Shown: positions 19,534-27,839 of the stretch, piece by piece
Layout of the letters: the number at the start of each line of letters is the position of its first letter
Position numbering within the stretch: the first letter of the stretch is position 1
DNA from: an uncultured Actinomycetes bacterium
Lineage (GTDB): Bacteria > Actinomycetota > Acidimicrobiia > Spongiisociales > DATADW01
DNA: 64,000 bases
Assembly (NCBI GenBank): GCA_963758695.1
Contig: CAVWWM010000018.1
Location: 10,234 to 74,233 of the forward strand
Reading direction: 5' to 3'
Notes under the pieces: model-generated
Told to the model about the DNA's origin: nothing
Seen by the model: the letters and a program-made list of their open reading frames with translations, nothing else
Database searches by the model: none
Made by a program: the position numbers and the translations under genes

Positions 19534-19745
19534 TAGACGGGCTCCCTTCTTCGCTCCCCCCGGCGGGGGGAGTACCCACGCCGCAGGCGTCGGGGAGGGG
19601 GCGGTTAACCCAGAGGTGCAAAGCCGCGGCGGAGCACGGAGGCAGCCCCTACCCGCTGCTGGGGACCTTCCCGGAGACGGACGGGTTTCGCTCCCCCAGT
19701 ACCCGACGCCGCAGCCGAGCGGGACCCTGCCCCCCTACGGGGAGT
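19534..19745. repeat. GC-rich composite palindromic repeat, long form (module 2 + spacer hairpin + module 1, reverse orientation) plus partial second copy
   Basis: 19553-19604 (GCTCCCCCCGGCGGGGGGAGTACCCACGCCGCAGGCGTCGGGGAGGGGGCGG) and 19643-19673 are the reverse complement of 26758-26812 and 26657-26710. 19691-19742 repeats parts of both modules. Confidence 0.85.
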
Positions 19746-19749
19746 GACC

Positions 19750-19779
19750 TTGACAGGCAAGTAAGGACTTGCCTATTGT
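19750..19779 (+). promoter_or_regulatory. Sigma-70-like promoter (TTGACA-18-TATTGT) with an embedded perfect inverted repeat; candidate ArsR operator
   Basis: TTGACA 19750-19755. GGCAAGT-AAGG-ACTTGCC fills the spacer 19756-19773. TATTGT 19774-19779. The GTG start at 19788 is only 8 nt after the -10 box. Confidence 0.6.
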
Positions 19780-19787
19780 AGACGCCT

Positions 19788-20063
19788 GTGGGCGATGTCT
19801 TCTCGGCTATCGCAGCACCGGCGAGGAGGGCGATTCTCGACGAGTTGCACGAGCGTGACGGGCAGACGCTGTTCGAGCTCTGCGCCCGGGTGACCATGAA
19901 GCACGGCATGTCTCGACAGGCGATCAGCCAGCACCTCGAGGTGCTCGAGGAGGCTGGGCTGGTGAACACCAGGCGTGAGGGCAGATACAAGTTCCACTAT
20001 CTCGACAAAGGCCCGCTGTGGGCGATCGTCGAGCGGTGGCTCGATGTCGAAAGGAAAAAGTGA
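19788..20063 (+). CDS. ArsR/SmtB-family transcriptional regulator
   Basis: 91-aa ORF. AIAAPARRAILDEL and the recognition helix MSRQAISQHLEVLEEAGLV. Confidence 0.88.
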   Translation: MGDVFSAIAAPARRAILDELHERDGQTLFELCARVTMKHGMSRQAISQHLEVLEEAGLVNTRREGRYKFHYLDKGPLWAIVERWLDVERKK

Positions 20064-20449
20064 TGCGAATTCATCTGACGAGCGTGTTCGTGGACGACCA
20101 GGACAAGGCGCTCGACTTCTACACCGACGTCCTCGGGTTCATCAAGAAGACCGAGATCCCGCTCGGAGAGGACAAGTGGCTCACGGTCGTCTCCCCGGAG
20201 AGCCCGGACGGGACCGAGTTGCTGCTCGAGCCGTCCGGCCATCCCGCCGTCGGGCCCTTCAAGGAGGCGCTGGTCGAGGACGGGATTCCTTTCGCCTCGT
20301 TCGCCGTAGACGACGTGGGGGCCGAGCACGAGCGTTTGGCCGCTCGCGGCGTCCACTTCACCCAGGAACCGATGGAGATGGGCCCGGTGACGACCGCGGT
20401 GTTCGACGACACCTGCGGCAATCTGATTCAGATCGCCAGCCAGGGCTGA
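20063..20449 (+). CDS. VOC (glyoxalase / bleomycin-resistance / dioxygenase) family protein
   Basis: TGATG overlap with arsR-like stop. MRIHLTSVFVDDQDKALDFYTDVLGF...TAVFDDTCGNLIQI. Confidence 0.8.
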   Translation: MRIHLTSVFVDDQDKALDFYTDVLGFIKKTEIPLGEDKWLTVVSPESPDGTELLLEPSGHPAVGPFKEALVEDGIPFASFAVDDVGAEHERLAARGVHFTQEPMEMGPVTTAVFDDTCGNLIQIASQG

Positions 20450-20485
20450 CGCTCCGTTCACAGATTGGGTGGCCGGCGGTCGGGT

Positions 20486-21652
20486 TCAGGTGAGCTGAGA
20501 CTTGGACCCGAGACGCTCGGCCAGCCAGTCGAAGGCCTCGGGTCCCCACACCGGGCGGTGCTTGAAGGCGCAGTGCCCGTCGTCGGGGTAGACGCGGGCC
20601 TCGCGTCCCGTCACCGGGCCGTGCTCCAGCATCGAGTAGATGTTGCCGATCGGAGCCAGGTGGTCGCGCTTGCCGTTGATCATCAACACCGGGCAGACGA
20701 TGGCGTCTGCCAGACCAAGCTCGGTTAGCGACCACTTCCGATAGAGCTCCTCCTCCTTCTCCACGGTTGTCGGCGAGAAGGTGGGACCGTCACCTGGCGA
20801 GCCGAAGACGTAGGTCGAGCGGACATTGCGCATGTCGACGAACTCCCGCTCCTCCTCGGGTGACATCCGGTACCCGAAGTGGTTGCCGGCGATGGCCACC
20901 GCCGCCATGACCCGCTCCGGGTAGGTGCCGGCCAACTGCATCACCGAGTAGCCGCCCCGGCTGATGCCGAATGCGCCGATTCGGTCCTCAGCCACTTCGG
21001 GCCGGTCCGCCAGCCAGTCGACCGCCGCCATCCACGCCTTGACCGACTCCGGCTCGTACGGGAAGGGGTTCTCGTTGGTGCCGGGAGCATCCATCACCAG
21101 TGATGCGAGACCGCTTGCCAGGGCATGCTCCGCCACCCAGCCGCGGTCCTCCTTGAACACGTCTGCCCCGCACATGATGAGCACCGCGGCGACCGGGGAA
21201 CTCGGCGATGCTCCCACGGGGACCCGGTAGTGGCAGGGGATGGCCTTGCCGTCGCACACCACCTCGACCTGCTGGAGAGGCGGGTCGAGGTAGGCCGCCG
21301 CCTTCAGGTAGGCGCGCACGCAATCGGCCGATACCTCCGCCTTCAACGGGGTCACCGCATCGGGGAACCGCCCGATGCTGTAGTAGGTCTTGGCGAGGAG
21401 GTACTCCCTCCTGGCGCTCTCGCCATCGCCCTCGCCATCGAGTCGGTCGCCTTCGTCCTCGTGATGTCTGCCGAGTTGGCGCCACACCGGCACCCAGACG
21501 TCGTCGGTGGTCCCGGTGAGCTGATCCACGGCCGACCGCAGCTCGTCGAGGTCATCGATCATCGACAGCCAGCGGCGGTAGAACCCACCGTGCTCGATCA
21601 CGAACGGATCCTCGCTGGGGGCGAAGGGGAGGTCGCTCTCTTCAACCGACAC
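20486..21652 (-). CDS. Alpha/beta hydrolase, FrsA / DUF1100 / dihydropseudooxynicotine-hydrolase-like
   Basis: Intact 388-aa ORF with a helical N-domain, then nucleophile elbow AFGISRGGYS. C-terminal DDGHCA. Confidence 0.75.
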   Translation of the reverse strand: MSVEESDLPFAPSEDPFVIEHGGFYRRWLSMIDDLDELRSAVDQLTGTTDDVWVPVWRQLGRHHEDEGDRLDGEGDGESARREYLLAKTYYSIGRFPDAVTPLKAEVSADCVRAYLKAAAYLDPPLQQVEVVCDGKAIPCHYRVPVGASPSSPVAAVLIMCGADVFKEDRGWVAEHALASGLASLVMDAPGTNENPFPYEPESVKAWMAAVDWLADRPEVAEDRIGAFGISRGGYSVMQLAGTYPERVMAAVAIAGNHFGYRMSPEEEREFVDMRNVRSTYVFGSPGDGPTFSPTTVEKEEELYRKWSLTELGLADAIVCPVLMINGKRDHLAPIGNIYSMLEHGPVTGREARVYPDDGHCAFKHRPVWGPEAFDWLAERLGSKSQLT

Positions 21653-21673
21653 AACTACTCCATCGGACGGGTG

Positions 21674-21690
21674 TGCAAACGTTAGTGCCA
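21674..21690. promoter_or_regulatory. Shared upstream motif TGCAAACGTTAGTGCCA of the FrsA-like hydrolase genes
   Basis: GCAAACGTTAG also occurs at 27773-27783 upstream of the paralogous hydrolases. Related to GCAAACGATTGGGCAGCCGA at 32563-32582. Confidence 0.35.
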
Positions 21691-21789
21691 GCCGAGGATG
21701 CTGCCCCTCGACCGTCTATTTGTCGTGGAGCCAAACTCGGCCAGGCGCACTCGGCCAGCCACAGTCGGCCAGCCACCCTCGGACTGCAA

Positions 21790-21799
21790 CAATCGATTG
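21790..21799. promoter_or_regulatory. LacI-type operator-like palindrome (ACAATCGATTGT, perfect 12-mer 21789-21800)
   Basis: Lies in the divergent region between the hydrolase (start 21652) and the MFS gene. Confidence 0.4.
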
Positions 21800-21861
21800 T
21801 GCATGGCGAGACCCAGGGTCCCGAAGAGGTGTTGTGCCACACAACGCCCGAGGGCCGACCG

Positions 21862-23082
21862 TTGAGCACCGGGATCCGTGGGGCTTTCGCCGCGCTCGGG
21901 CGGCTACGTGCCCACGAGCGCGTCTTCGCCGTCTCGGTGTCTACCGCCTTGGTGATGACCGGCCAGGGAATCCTTGGCCCGGTGCTCCCGCTCTTCGCGC
22001 AGCGGATGGGGCTCAGCGTGGCCGCCGTGGGGGTAACTGTTGCTTCATTTGGGCTCGCCCGTCTTGTCTTCAATGTGCCGATCGGGATCCTGGCGGACGC
22101 CAAGGGACGAAAGCTGCTCCTCGTCGGCGGCCCCCTGGTTGTGTCGGCGGGGATGATCGGATCCGCCTTGTCGGGAAGCATCGCCCCGCTGGTGGTGTGG
22201 CGGTTCGTCGCCGGGGCCGGGTCGGCGATGTACATGACGGGCGCCCTCATCTATGTGGCCGACATATCCAAACCCGCCAACCGGGCGCGGCTCCTCGGCA
22301 TCAATCAGGGCGCCCTGCTCATCGGTGTTGCGATCGGTCCCGTGATCGGCGGGCTTCTGGCCGACCGGTTCGGGCTCGAGGCACCGTTCTACGTGGTCGC
22401 CGCGGCGACCATCGCTGCGTCGCTGTACGCCCTGTTCCGACTGGAGGAGACCCGGCCGGCCGGCGCCGCTCACCATCACCGATCGAGTGGTGGACGATCA
22501 TTGGTGTGGCGTCGGCTGCTCACCTCACCGGCTTTTGTTGCGGTCCTGCTGGCCAACCTCGCCGTGTTCCTCACCAGGGGCACGACCAGGAACACGCTGT
22601 TGCCCCTGGCCGGCGCCGATGAGTTCGGTATGTCGCTTGCCGAGATCGGGCTGTTGCTCTCTGGGATGGCGCTGATCAACATCGTGCTCCTGGCTCCCGC
22701 CACCATGTCCGCCGACCGCTACGGCCGGAGCAGGGTGATCGTCCCCAGCCTCTTCGGGACGGCGGCAGGTCTCGCCGTGCTCGCGTTTGCCGGAGACACC
22801 GTGGTCTTTGTCGTCGGGGCCGGGGTCCTCGCCCTGGCGACATCGGTGGCCGGTCCCGCGCCCGCCGCCTTCGCCGCCGATGTTGCCGGCGAGGAGAGCC
22901 GGGGTGCCGCCCTCGGTCTGTTTCGGACGGCTGGCGACCTTGGGCTGCTCGCCGGGCCACCGCTGCTGGGTCTCGTCGCCGACAGATCCGGCTACGGCTG
23001 GGCGTTCGGGATCAATGCGATCTTCGTCGGGCTCGCAGGTGTGGTGTTCCTCATTGCGGTTCGGGGCAGAGTGGTGCGGTGA
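21862..23082 (+). CDS. MFS transporter
   Basis: Frame of ORF 21673..23082. Motif A-like GILADAKGRKLLLVGG; about 12 hydrophobic segments. Start uncertain: in-frame GTG 21799, GTG 21829 and TTG 21862. I chose 21862 because of GAGGG about 7 nt upstream and because the operator-like palindrome sits at 21790-21799. Confidence 0.8.
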   Translation: MSTGIRGAFAALGRLRAHERVFAVSVSTALVMTGQGILGPVLPLFAQRMGLSVAAVGVTVASFGLARLVFNVPIGILADAKGRKLLLVGGPLVVSAGMIGSALSGSIAPLVVWRFVAGAGSAMYMTGALIYVADISKPANRARLLGINQGALLIGVAIGPVIGGLLADRFGLEAPFYVVAAATIAASLYALFRLEETRPAGAAHHHRSSGGRSLVWRRLLTSPAFVAVLLANLAVFLTRGTTRNTLLPLAGADEFGMSLAEIGLLLSGMALINIVLLAPATMSADRYGRSRVIVPSLFGTAAGLAVLAFAGDTVVFVVGAGVLALATSVAGPAPAAFAADVAGEESRGAALGLFRTAGDLGLLAGPPLLGLVADRSGYGWAFGINAIFVGLAGVVFLIAVRGRVVR

Positions 23083-24377
23083 CCGATCCACCCAAGAAGC
23101 AAGGCGCATTCGGTCGGCAACTCGTCGTCGACATCACCCCGTTGCGGGTATCGCGGGAGTTTCGTCGGCTCTTCCTCGGCTACCTGCTCGCGTTTCTTGG
23201 CCGGCAGGTCACGGTGGTCGCCGTGCCCTACCAGGTGTTCGTTCTCACCGGGTCATCGCTCGCCGTCGGTGCCCTCGGTCTGGTCCAGATTGTCCCGCTG
23301 CTCATCATGTCTCTCGTAGGCGGATCGATCGCCGATGCGGTCGATCGTCGCAAGCTGCTGGTCATCAGTCAGATGGGTCTGGCGCTGACCGCAGTCGGCC
23401 TGGCGGTCAACTCGTCGATGGACCAACCTCTGATTTGGGTGATATATGTGCTCACCGGGGTCAACGCCGGTCTCTCCGCGATAGACATCCCGGCCCGCAT
23501 GGCCGTCCTCCCATCGATGCTCCAGCGGGACCTCCTCCCCGCCGGGTTCGCCCTCAACCAGGCGGTGGCGCAGGTGGGGGGAGCGGTGGGCCCTGCGCTG
23601 GCGGGTCTGCTCATCGCTCAGTTCTCCCTCGCCGCCACCTACGGGTTGGAGGCGGTGCTGTTCGTTTTCTCGGCGCTGACAATGATCGGGATCCGGCCGC
23701 TCCGACCCGAGGGTGGTGGCACCGCAGCAGGTTGGTCGTCGGTGAAGGAGGGGCTCCGCTATCTCAAGGGGCAGAGGCTCATCCAGTCGTGCTTCCTGAT
23801 CGACCTCAACGCCATGATCTTCGGGATGCCCCGCGCCTTGTTCCCCGCCATCGGGACCGTGGTCCTCGGCGGCAATGCGACGACGGTGGGGCTGCTATTC
23901 GCCGCCCCCGGTGTCGGCGCCATGATCGCCGCCGCAACCGCCGGCTGGGTGGGTGGGGTCAGCCGCCGGGGCCGGGTAGTGGTCGTATCGGTGATCGTCT
24001 GGGGTCTCGCCATCACAGCCTTCGGGCTGACCACATGGCTGCCGCTGGCGCTCGGGTTGTTGGCGGTCGCCGGGGCGGCGGACGTCATATCCGCCGTTTT
24101 CAGGAACACGATCCTCCAGTTGACCGTGCCCGACGCGCTGAGGGGACGGCTCTCTGCCATACACGGCGCAGTGGTGAGCGGCGGACCCCGGCTCGGCGAC
24201 CTCGAAGCCGGCGTCGTCGCTGCGGTGACGTCTCCCCAGTTCTCGGTCGTGTCCGGCGGTGTTCTCTGCGTCGTCGGGGCGTTCGCCATCGCCCGCTTCA
24301 TGCCCGAGCTTTGGCGTTACCGCAGTGGTCCCGGCCGTGCACCACCGCCACCTGCGGCCGACCCGGCTCCCGCCTGA
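23079..24377 (+). CDS. MFS transporter (EntS/MFS_3-like)
   Basis: GTGA overlap with the upstream MFS. REFRRLFLGYLLAFLGRQV and GGSIADAVDRRKLLVIS. Confidence 0.85.
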   Translation: MTDPPKKQGAFGRQLVVDITPLRVSREFRRLFLGYLLAFLGRQVTVVAVPYQVFVLTGSSLAVGALGLVQIVPLLIMSLVGGSIADAVDRRKLLVISQMGLALTAVGLAVNSSMDQPLIWVIYVLTGVNAGLSAIDIPARMAVLPSMLQRDLLPAGFALNQAVAQVGGAVGPALAGLLIAQFSLAATYGLEAVLFVFSALTMIGIRPLRPEGGGTAAGWSSVKEGLRYLKGQRLIQSCFLIDLNAMIFGMPRALFPAIGTVVLGGNATTVGLLFAAPGVGAMIAAATAGWVGGVSRRGRVVVVSVIVWGLAITAFGLTTWLPLALGLLAVAGAADVISAVFRNTILQLTVPDALRGRLSAIHGAVVSGGPRLGDLEAGVVAAVTSPQFSVVSGGVLCVVGAFAIARFMPELWRYRSGPGRAPPPPAADPAPA

Positions 24378-25375
24378 CGGCCGACCGCAGCGAGGAGCGC
24401 ATCGACGTTCCCCTCGAGGATCGCGTGCCGCTCGCCGTCACCTAGGCCGGGCACCGCATCGACAGAGCTCACCGGGTCGGGGTCGCCCATCTCGAAGGGA
24501 TAGTCGGAACCGAGGAGGACGCGGTCGACGCCCACGGTGTCGATGAGGAACCTGATCGCCTCGGGGGAGTGGAGCACGGTGTCGTAGTAGAGGTGCCTGG
24601 CGACGTCACGGGGCGAGGTGTTGATGTGCCGGGCGGTGAGGTGGGGCACCGCGCTGTAGCCCCGCTCCATCCTCCCCAATTGATAAGGGAGGAACCCGCC
24701 GCCATGGACGACGCACATCACCAGTCCGGGGAAGCGTTCGAGGACTCCGCTGAACACGAGGTGGGCGACGGCAACCGTCGTCTCGGCGGGCCGGCCGACC
24801 ATGTTGTCGAGGAAGTTCCTGCTCAGGTCGACCCCGGCCAGCGGGGCGTATGGGTGGAGCAGCACCAGGCAGCGGAGCTCCTCGGCCGCCGCCCAGAACG
24901 GATCGAGCTCGGCCTGGTCGAGGTCTTTGCCGTCAACCGTGGTGGCAATCTCCACGCCCACCATCCCCAGCTCGGAAACGGCGTGGGCAAGCTCCTCCGC
25001 CGCCTTCCCCGGCGACTGGAGAGGGACGGTCGCCAGGGCGCGGAACCGATCGGGGAAGCGCCCCGCCTCGTCGGTGAGTATCTGATTGAACCGCCTGGCA
25101 TAGGTGGCGCCGGCGTCGCCATCCAGGGCATATGCAGTGAGGTCGACCCACCCGCTCAACAGCTGCACCTCGACGCCGGTGGCGTCCATGTGCTCCAGCC
25201 GGGCTGCGACGTCGCTGAGCACGGGACGGAGCGGCCCGCTGCGGACACGTCCAGCGATCAACACATCCTCCCCCCGCTCACCGGGCACCACCTCGATCCC
25301 GATGTCGGGCCCCTCGGTGCGGAGCAACTCGATGAGTTCGGCGGGTATGCAGTGGGCGTGGACGTCGGTGATCAT
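24317..25375 (-). CDS. Amidohydrolase_2 (ACMSD-like) family protein
   Basis: MITDVHAHCIP, VLLHPYAP, VVHGGGFLP, LLGSDYPFE. The 3' end overlaps the convergent MFS gene by about 60 nt. Confidence 0.88.
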   Translation of the reverse strand: MITDVHAHCIPAELIELLRTEGPDIGIEVVPGERGEDVLIAGRVRSGPLRPVLSDVAARLEHMDATGVEVQLLSGWVDLTAYALDGDAGATYARRFNQILTDEAGRFPDRFRALATVPLQSPGKAAEELAHAVSELGMVGVEIATTVDGKDLDQAELDPFWAAAEELRCLVLLHPYAPLAGVDLSRNFLDNMVGRPAETTVAVAHLVFSGVLERFPGLVMCVVHGGGFLPYQLGRMERGYSAVPHLTARHINTSPRDVARHLYYDTVLHSPEAIRFLIDTVGVDRVLLGSDYPFEMGDPDPVSSVDAVPGLGDGERHAILEGNVDALLAAVGRQAGAGSAAGGGGARPGPLR

Positions 25376-25391
25376 CTGGTCCTCCCGTTGG

Positions 25392-26636
25392 TCATTGAGC
25401 GCTCCGCGGGACGAATCTCGCCACCACCAAACTGCAACTCAGGACCACAGCCGCAGCCACTGCGGCAGCCAGCTCCGGAGAAAAAGCGTCTGCGACCAGG
25501 CCGTCGAGAAATGCGGCCAGGGGCCGCGATCCGAGGAAGGCGATCCCCCACAACGCCATCATCCGGCCCCGCATCTGCTCATTGATCCTGAGGTGCATCA
25601 GGCTGGTGAGAGCGGTCACCGCGAGGAGGAACCCAAAGCCGCCAACCGCCATGGCTCCCATGGCCCACGGCGGGGAGGGCGCCAGCGCCACGCAAATCAT
25701 GCCTGCGGCGAGCACGCACAGCCCGGCGATGGCCGTGCCCCGGTGCCCGAGCCGATCCCTGGAGGCCGGCACCGCCAACATCGCCAGCACCGCTCCGACC
25801 CCGAACATGCTGACCAAACCGCCCACCAGCGCCCCCCGCCCCGCAGCGGTGCCGGCTGGACCGAGCAGCCCGTCGGCCAGCGCCGGGGCGAGGGTGATGA
25901 CCGGATCGGCACCGAACCCGAGCGCGGCCACACCAACCAGCAGCGCCGCCATCACCGGATCGGCGCGCAGATGGCGGAACCCTCCCCACACCGATGTCCG
26001 CGCCGGCCGCTCCACCGGGCGGGAGCGGATGACGCTCAGGGCAGCGATCAACGCCAGATAGCTGGCCGCGTTCACCGAAAAGGCGACGCCAGGCCCGAGC
26101 GCCACGAGGGTGACAGCACCGAGCGCCGGCCCCACGGCGCGAGCCAGGTTGAAGGTGACCGAGTTGAGCGCCACGGCCTGGGCCAGGTCGGCATCAGGGA
26201 CCAGACCGGGGACCAACGCCTGCATCGCCGGGACCGAGAAGGCCTGGGCGAGACCGATCACCCCGGCAGCGGCGAGCACCGGCCAGGCATAAGGGAAACC
26301 GTCCAAACCCACCGTCAGGGTGGTGACGGCCAGTGCCGCCGCCGCCAGCGCGGCCGGCGTCTGCGCCACCAGCAGGAGGCGCCTCCGATCGAACCGGTCG
26401 GCCGCCGCTCCGCTCCAGGGCGCCAGAAGCAGTGATGGCAGAAACTGGAGCACGGCGACCATGCCCACCACCAGAGCCGATCCGGTGAGCTCGAACACCA
26501 CGACTGCCGCCGTCACCTGCTGGAACCAGGTTCCAATGTTGGAGGAGAGGTTCCCGAAGAAGTACGGGCCGAAGGTGCGGTCGGTCAGCAGCGCGAGTGT
26601 GCTGCGGGCGACGCGAGGCGACTCAGTCGTGGTCAC
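25392..26636 (-). CDS. MFS transporter (MFS_3-like)
   Basis: 414-aa ORF, GTG start. SGAAADRFDRRRLLLV; about 12 TM segments. Confidence 0.85.
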   Translation of the reverse strand: MTTTESPRVARSTLALLTDRTFGPYFFGNLSSNIGTWFQQVTAAVVVFELTGSALVVGMVAVLQFLPSLLLAPWSGAAADRFDRRRLLLVAQTPAALAAAALAVTTLTVGLDGFPYAWPVLAAAGVIGLAQAFSVPAMQALVPGLVPDADLAQAVALNSVTFNLARAVGPALGAVTLVALGPGVAFSVNAASYLALIAALSVIRSRPVERPARTSVWGGFRHLRADPVMAALLVGVAALGFGADPVITLAPALADGLLGPAGTAAGRGALVGGLVSMFGVGAVLAMLAVPASRDRLGHRGTAIAGLCVLAAGMICVALAPSPPWAMGAMAVGGFGFLLAVTALTSLMHLRINEQMRGRMMALWGIAFLGSRPLAAFLDGLVADAFSPELAAAVAAAVVLSCSLVVARFVPRSAQ

Positions 26637-26656
26637 GGGCCGTCAAACGCTTTCGG

Positions 26657-26830
26657 TCCCCCCGCAGGGGGGAAGGGACCCGCTGCGCAGCAGCGGGTAG
26701 GGGGCTGCTGAACTCCAACGGTGCGGAACCCGCGGCTTCGCACCTTGGGCGTGAACCAGCCCCCCTCCCCCGACGCCTCCGGCGTCGGGTACTCCCCCCG
26801 CCGGGGGGAGAGCAACCATTGGGGGGAGCG
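26657..26830. repeat. GC-rich composite palindromic repeat, long form (module 1 + spacer hairpin + module 2, forward)
   Basis: 26657-26710 TCCCCCCGCAGGGGGGAAGGGACCCGCTGCGCAGCAGCGGGTAGGGGGCTGCTG. Spacer hairpin GGTGCGGAACCCGCGGCTTCGCACC. 26758-26812 CAGCCCCCTCCCCCGACGCCTCCGGCGTCGGGTACTCCCCCCGCCGGGGGGAGAGC. Confidence 0.9.
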
Positions 26831-26835
26831 AGCCG

Positions 26836-27741
26836 TTAGAGATGGCGATCGAAGAAGTCGAGGACTCCGTCGATTGCCTTCGCTTGGACGTCATCGACCT
26901 GGTACTCGCCATCGGCGCCGCGCTGTGGGTATACGTAGCCATGTAGGTCGTGTTCCCAGCTCACCCACTCGGACGGCTTGCCCTCCTCGGCGAGTAAGTC
27001 GTAGCTGGTGCGGAAGATCCCCTGGAGGTGGTCGCTCTCCCGGCCCATGACGAGGATCGGGGTGTCGATGGTGGAGATCCGCTCCTTCGCCTTGGCGAGA
27101 TCGATGCGGGACCGCACCTTGTCGGTCTCCGCCATCTGCATCTCTTCGATGTTCCGCAGCCCTGTCTTGGGATCGACGAAGGCGGTGTCGTCCGGGGAGA
27201 GGGCGAGGAACTCATGGGATGCGGGCTCCGAGGCGACGGCGGCGGCCACGCCTTGATACTCCGAGGTGATCTTGAGCACCATCTCCCCGCCGTGGCTCAT
27301 CCCGATCATGCCCACCCGATCTGGGTCGAGCCGGGAGTCCCTTTTGAGCTGCTCGATGATCGCGATCTCGTCTTCGTACTCGAGGGGAGACCGGTTGAAC
27401 ATGTCGCGGCCTTGGCGCGTGTCACGGACGAGGCGGCCGCCGTTCTCGTAGCCAAGCTCGACCTCGGTGCGGTAGCGGATCCAGGCGCATGCGTAACCGC
27501 GCTCGAGGAGACGCTCCATGATGTATCCCCGGTTGGCCACGGCATCACGGATCCAGGCCATGCCACCGCCACCGTTGCCCGAAGCAAGCAGCACGACGGG
27601 AAAGGGGCCGGCCCCGTGGGGGAGTCGGAGACCGATCGGCGCATAGAGCCCGTCCCAGGTCTCGAGGTACTTGAGTTCCACCGGGATGTCGGAGCCATCG
27701 ACTTCTTCGATGATCGTGACCTTTTCCGGGTCGATCCCCAT
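26836..27741 (-). CDS. Alpha/beta hydrolase (dienelactone-hydrolase / S9-like)
   Basis: Nucleophile elbow GMIGMSHGG. Start taken at ATG 27741 (MGIDPEKV); the ORF-track start 27777 is an alternative. Confidence 0.8.
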   Translation of the reverse strand: MGIDPEKVTIIEEVDGSDIPVELKYLETWDGLYAPIGLRLPHGAGPFPVVLLASGNGGGGMAWIRDAVANRGYIMERLLERGYACAWIRYRTEVELGYENGGRLVRDTRQGRDMFNRSPLEYEDEIAIIEQLKRDSRLDPDRVGMIGMSHGGEMVLKITSEYQGVAAAVASEPASHEFLALSPDDTAFVDPKTGLRNIEEMQMAETDKVRSRIDLAKAKERISTIDTPILVMGRESDHLQGIFRTSYDLLAEEGKPSEWVSWEHDLHGYVYPQRGADGEYQVDDVQAKAIDGVLDFFDRHL

Positions 27742-27772
27742 TTGGCCGCCTCTCTCTATCTGTGCCAGTCCG

Positions 27773-27789
27773 CGCAAACGTTAGGGCAG
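27773..27789. promoter_or_regulatory. Shared upstream motif GCAAACGTTAGGGCAGA in the divergent hydrolase promoter region
   Basis: Same 11-mer GCAAACGTTAG as 21676-21686. Confidence 0.35.
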
Positions 27790-27839
27790 ATAGGGTAGAT
27801 GTCATGCGCCTGTCCCGGCTGAAGATGAGGTGACCGTCG

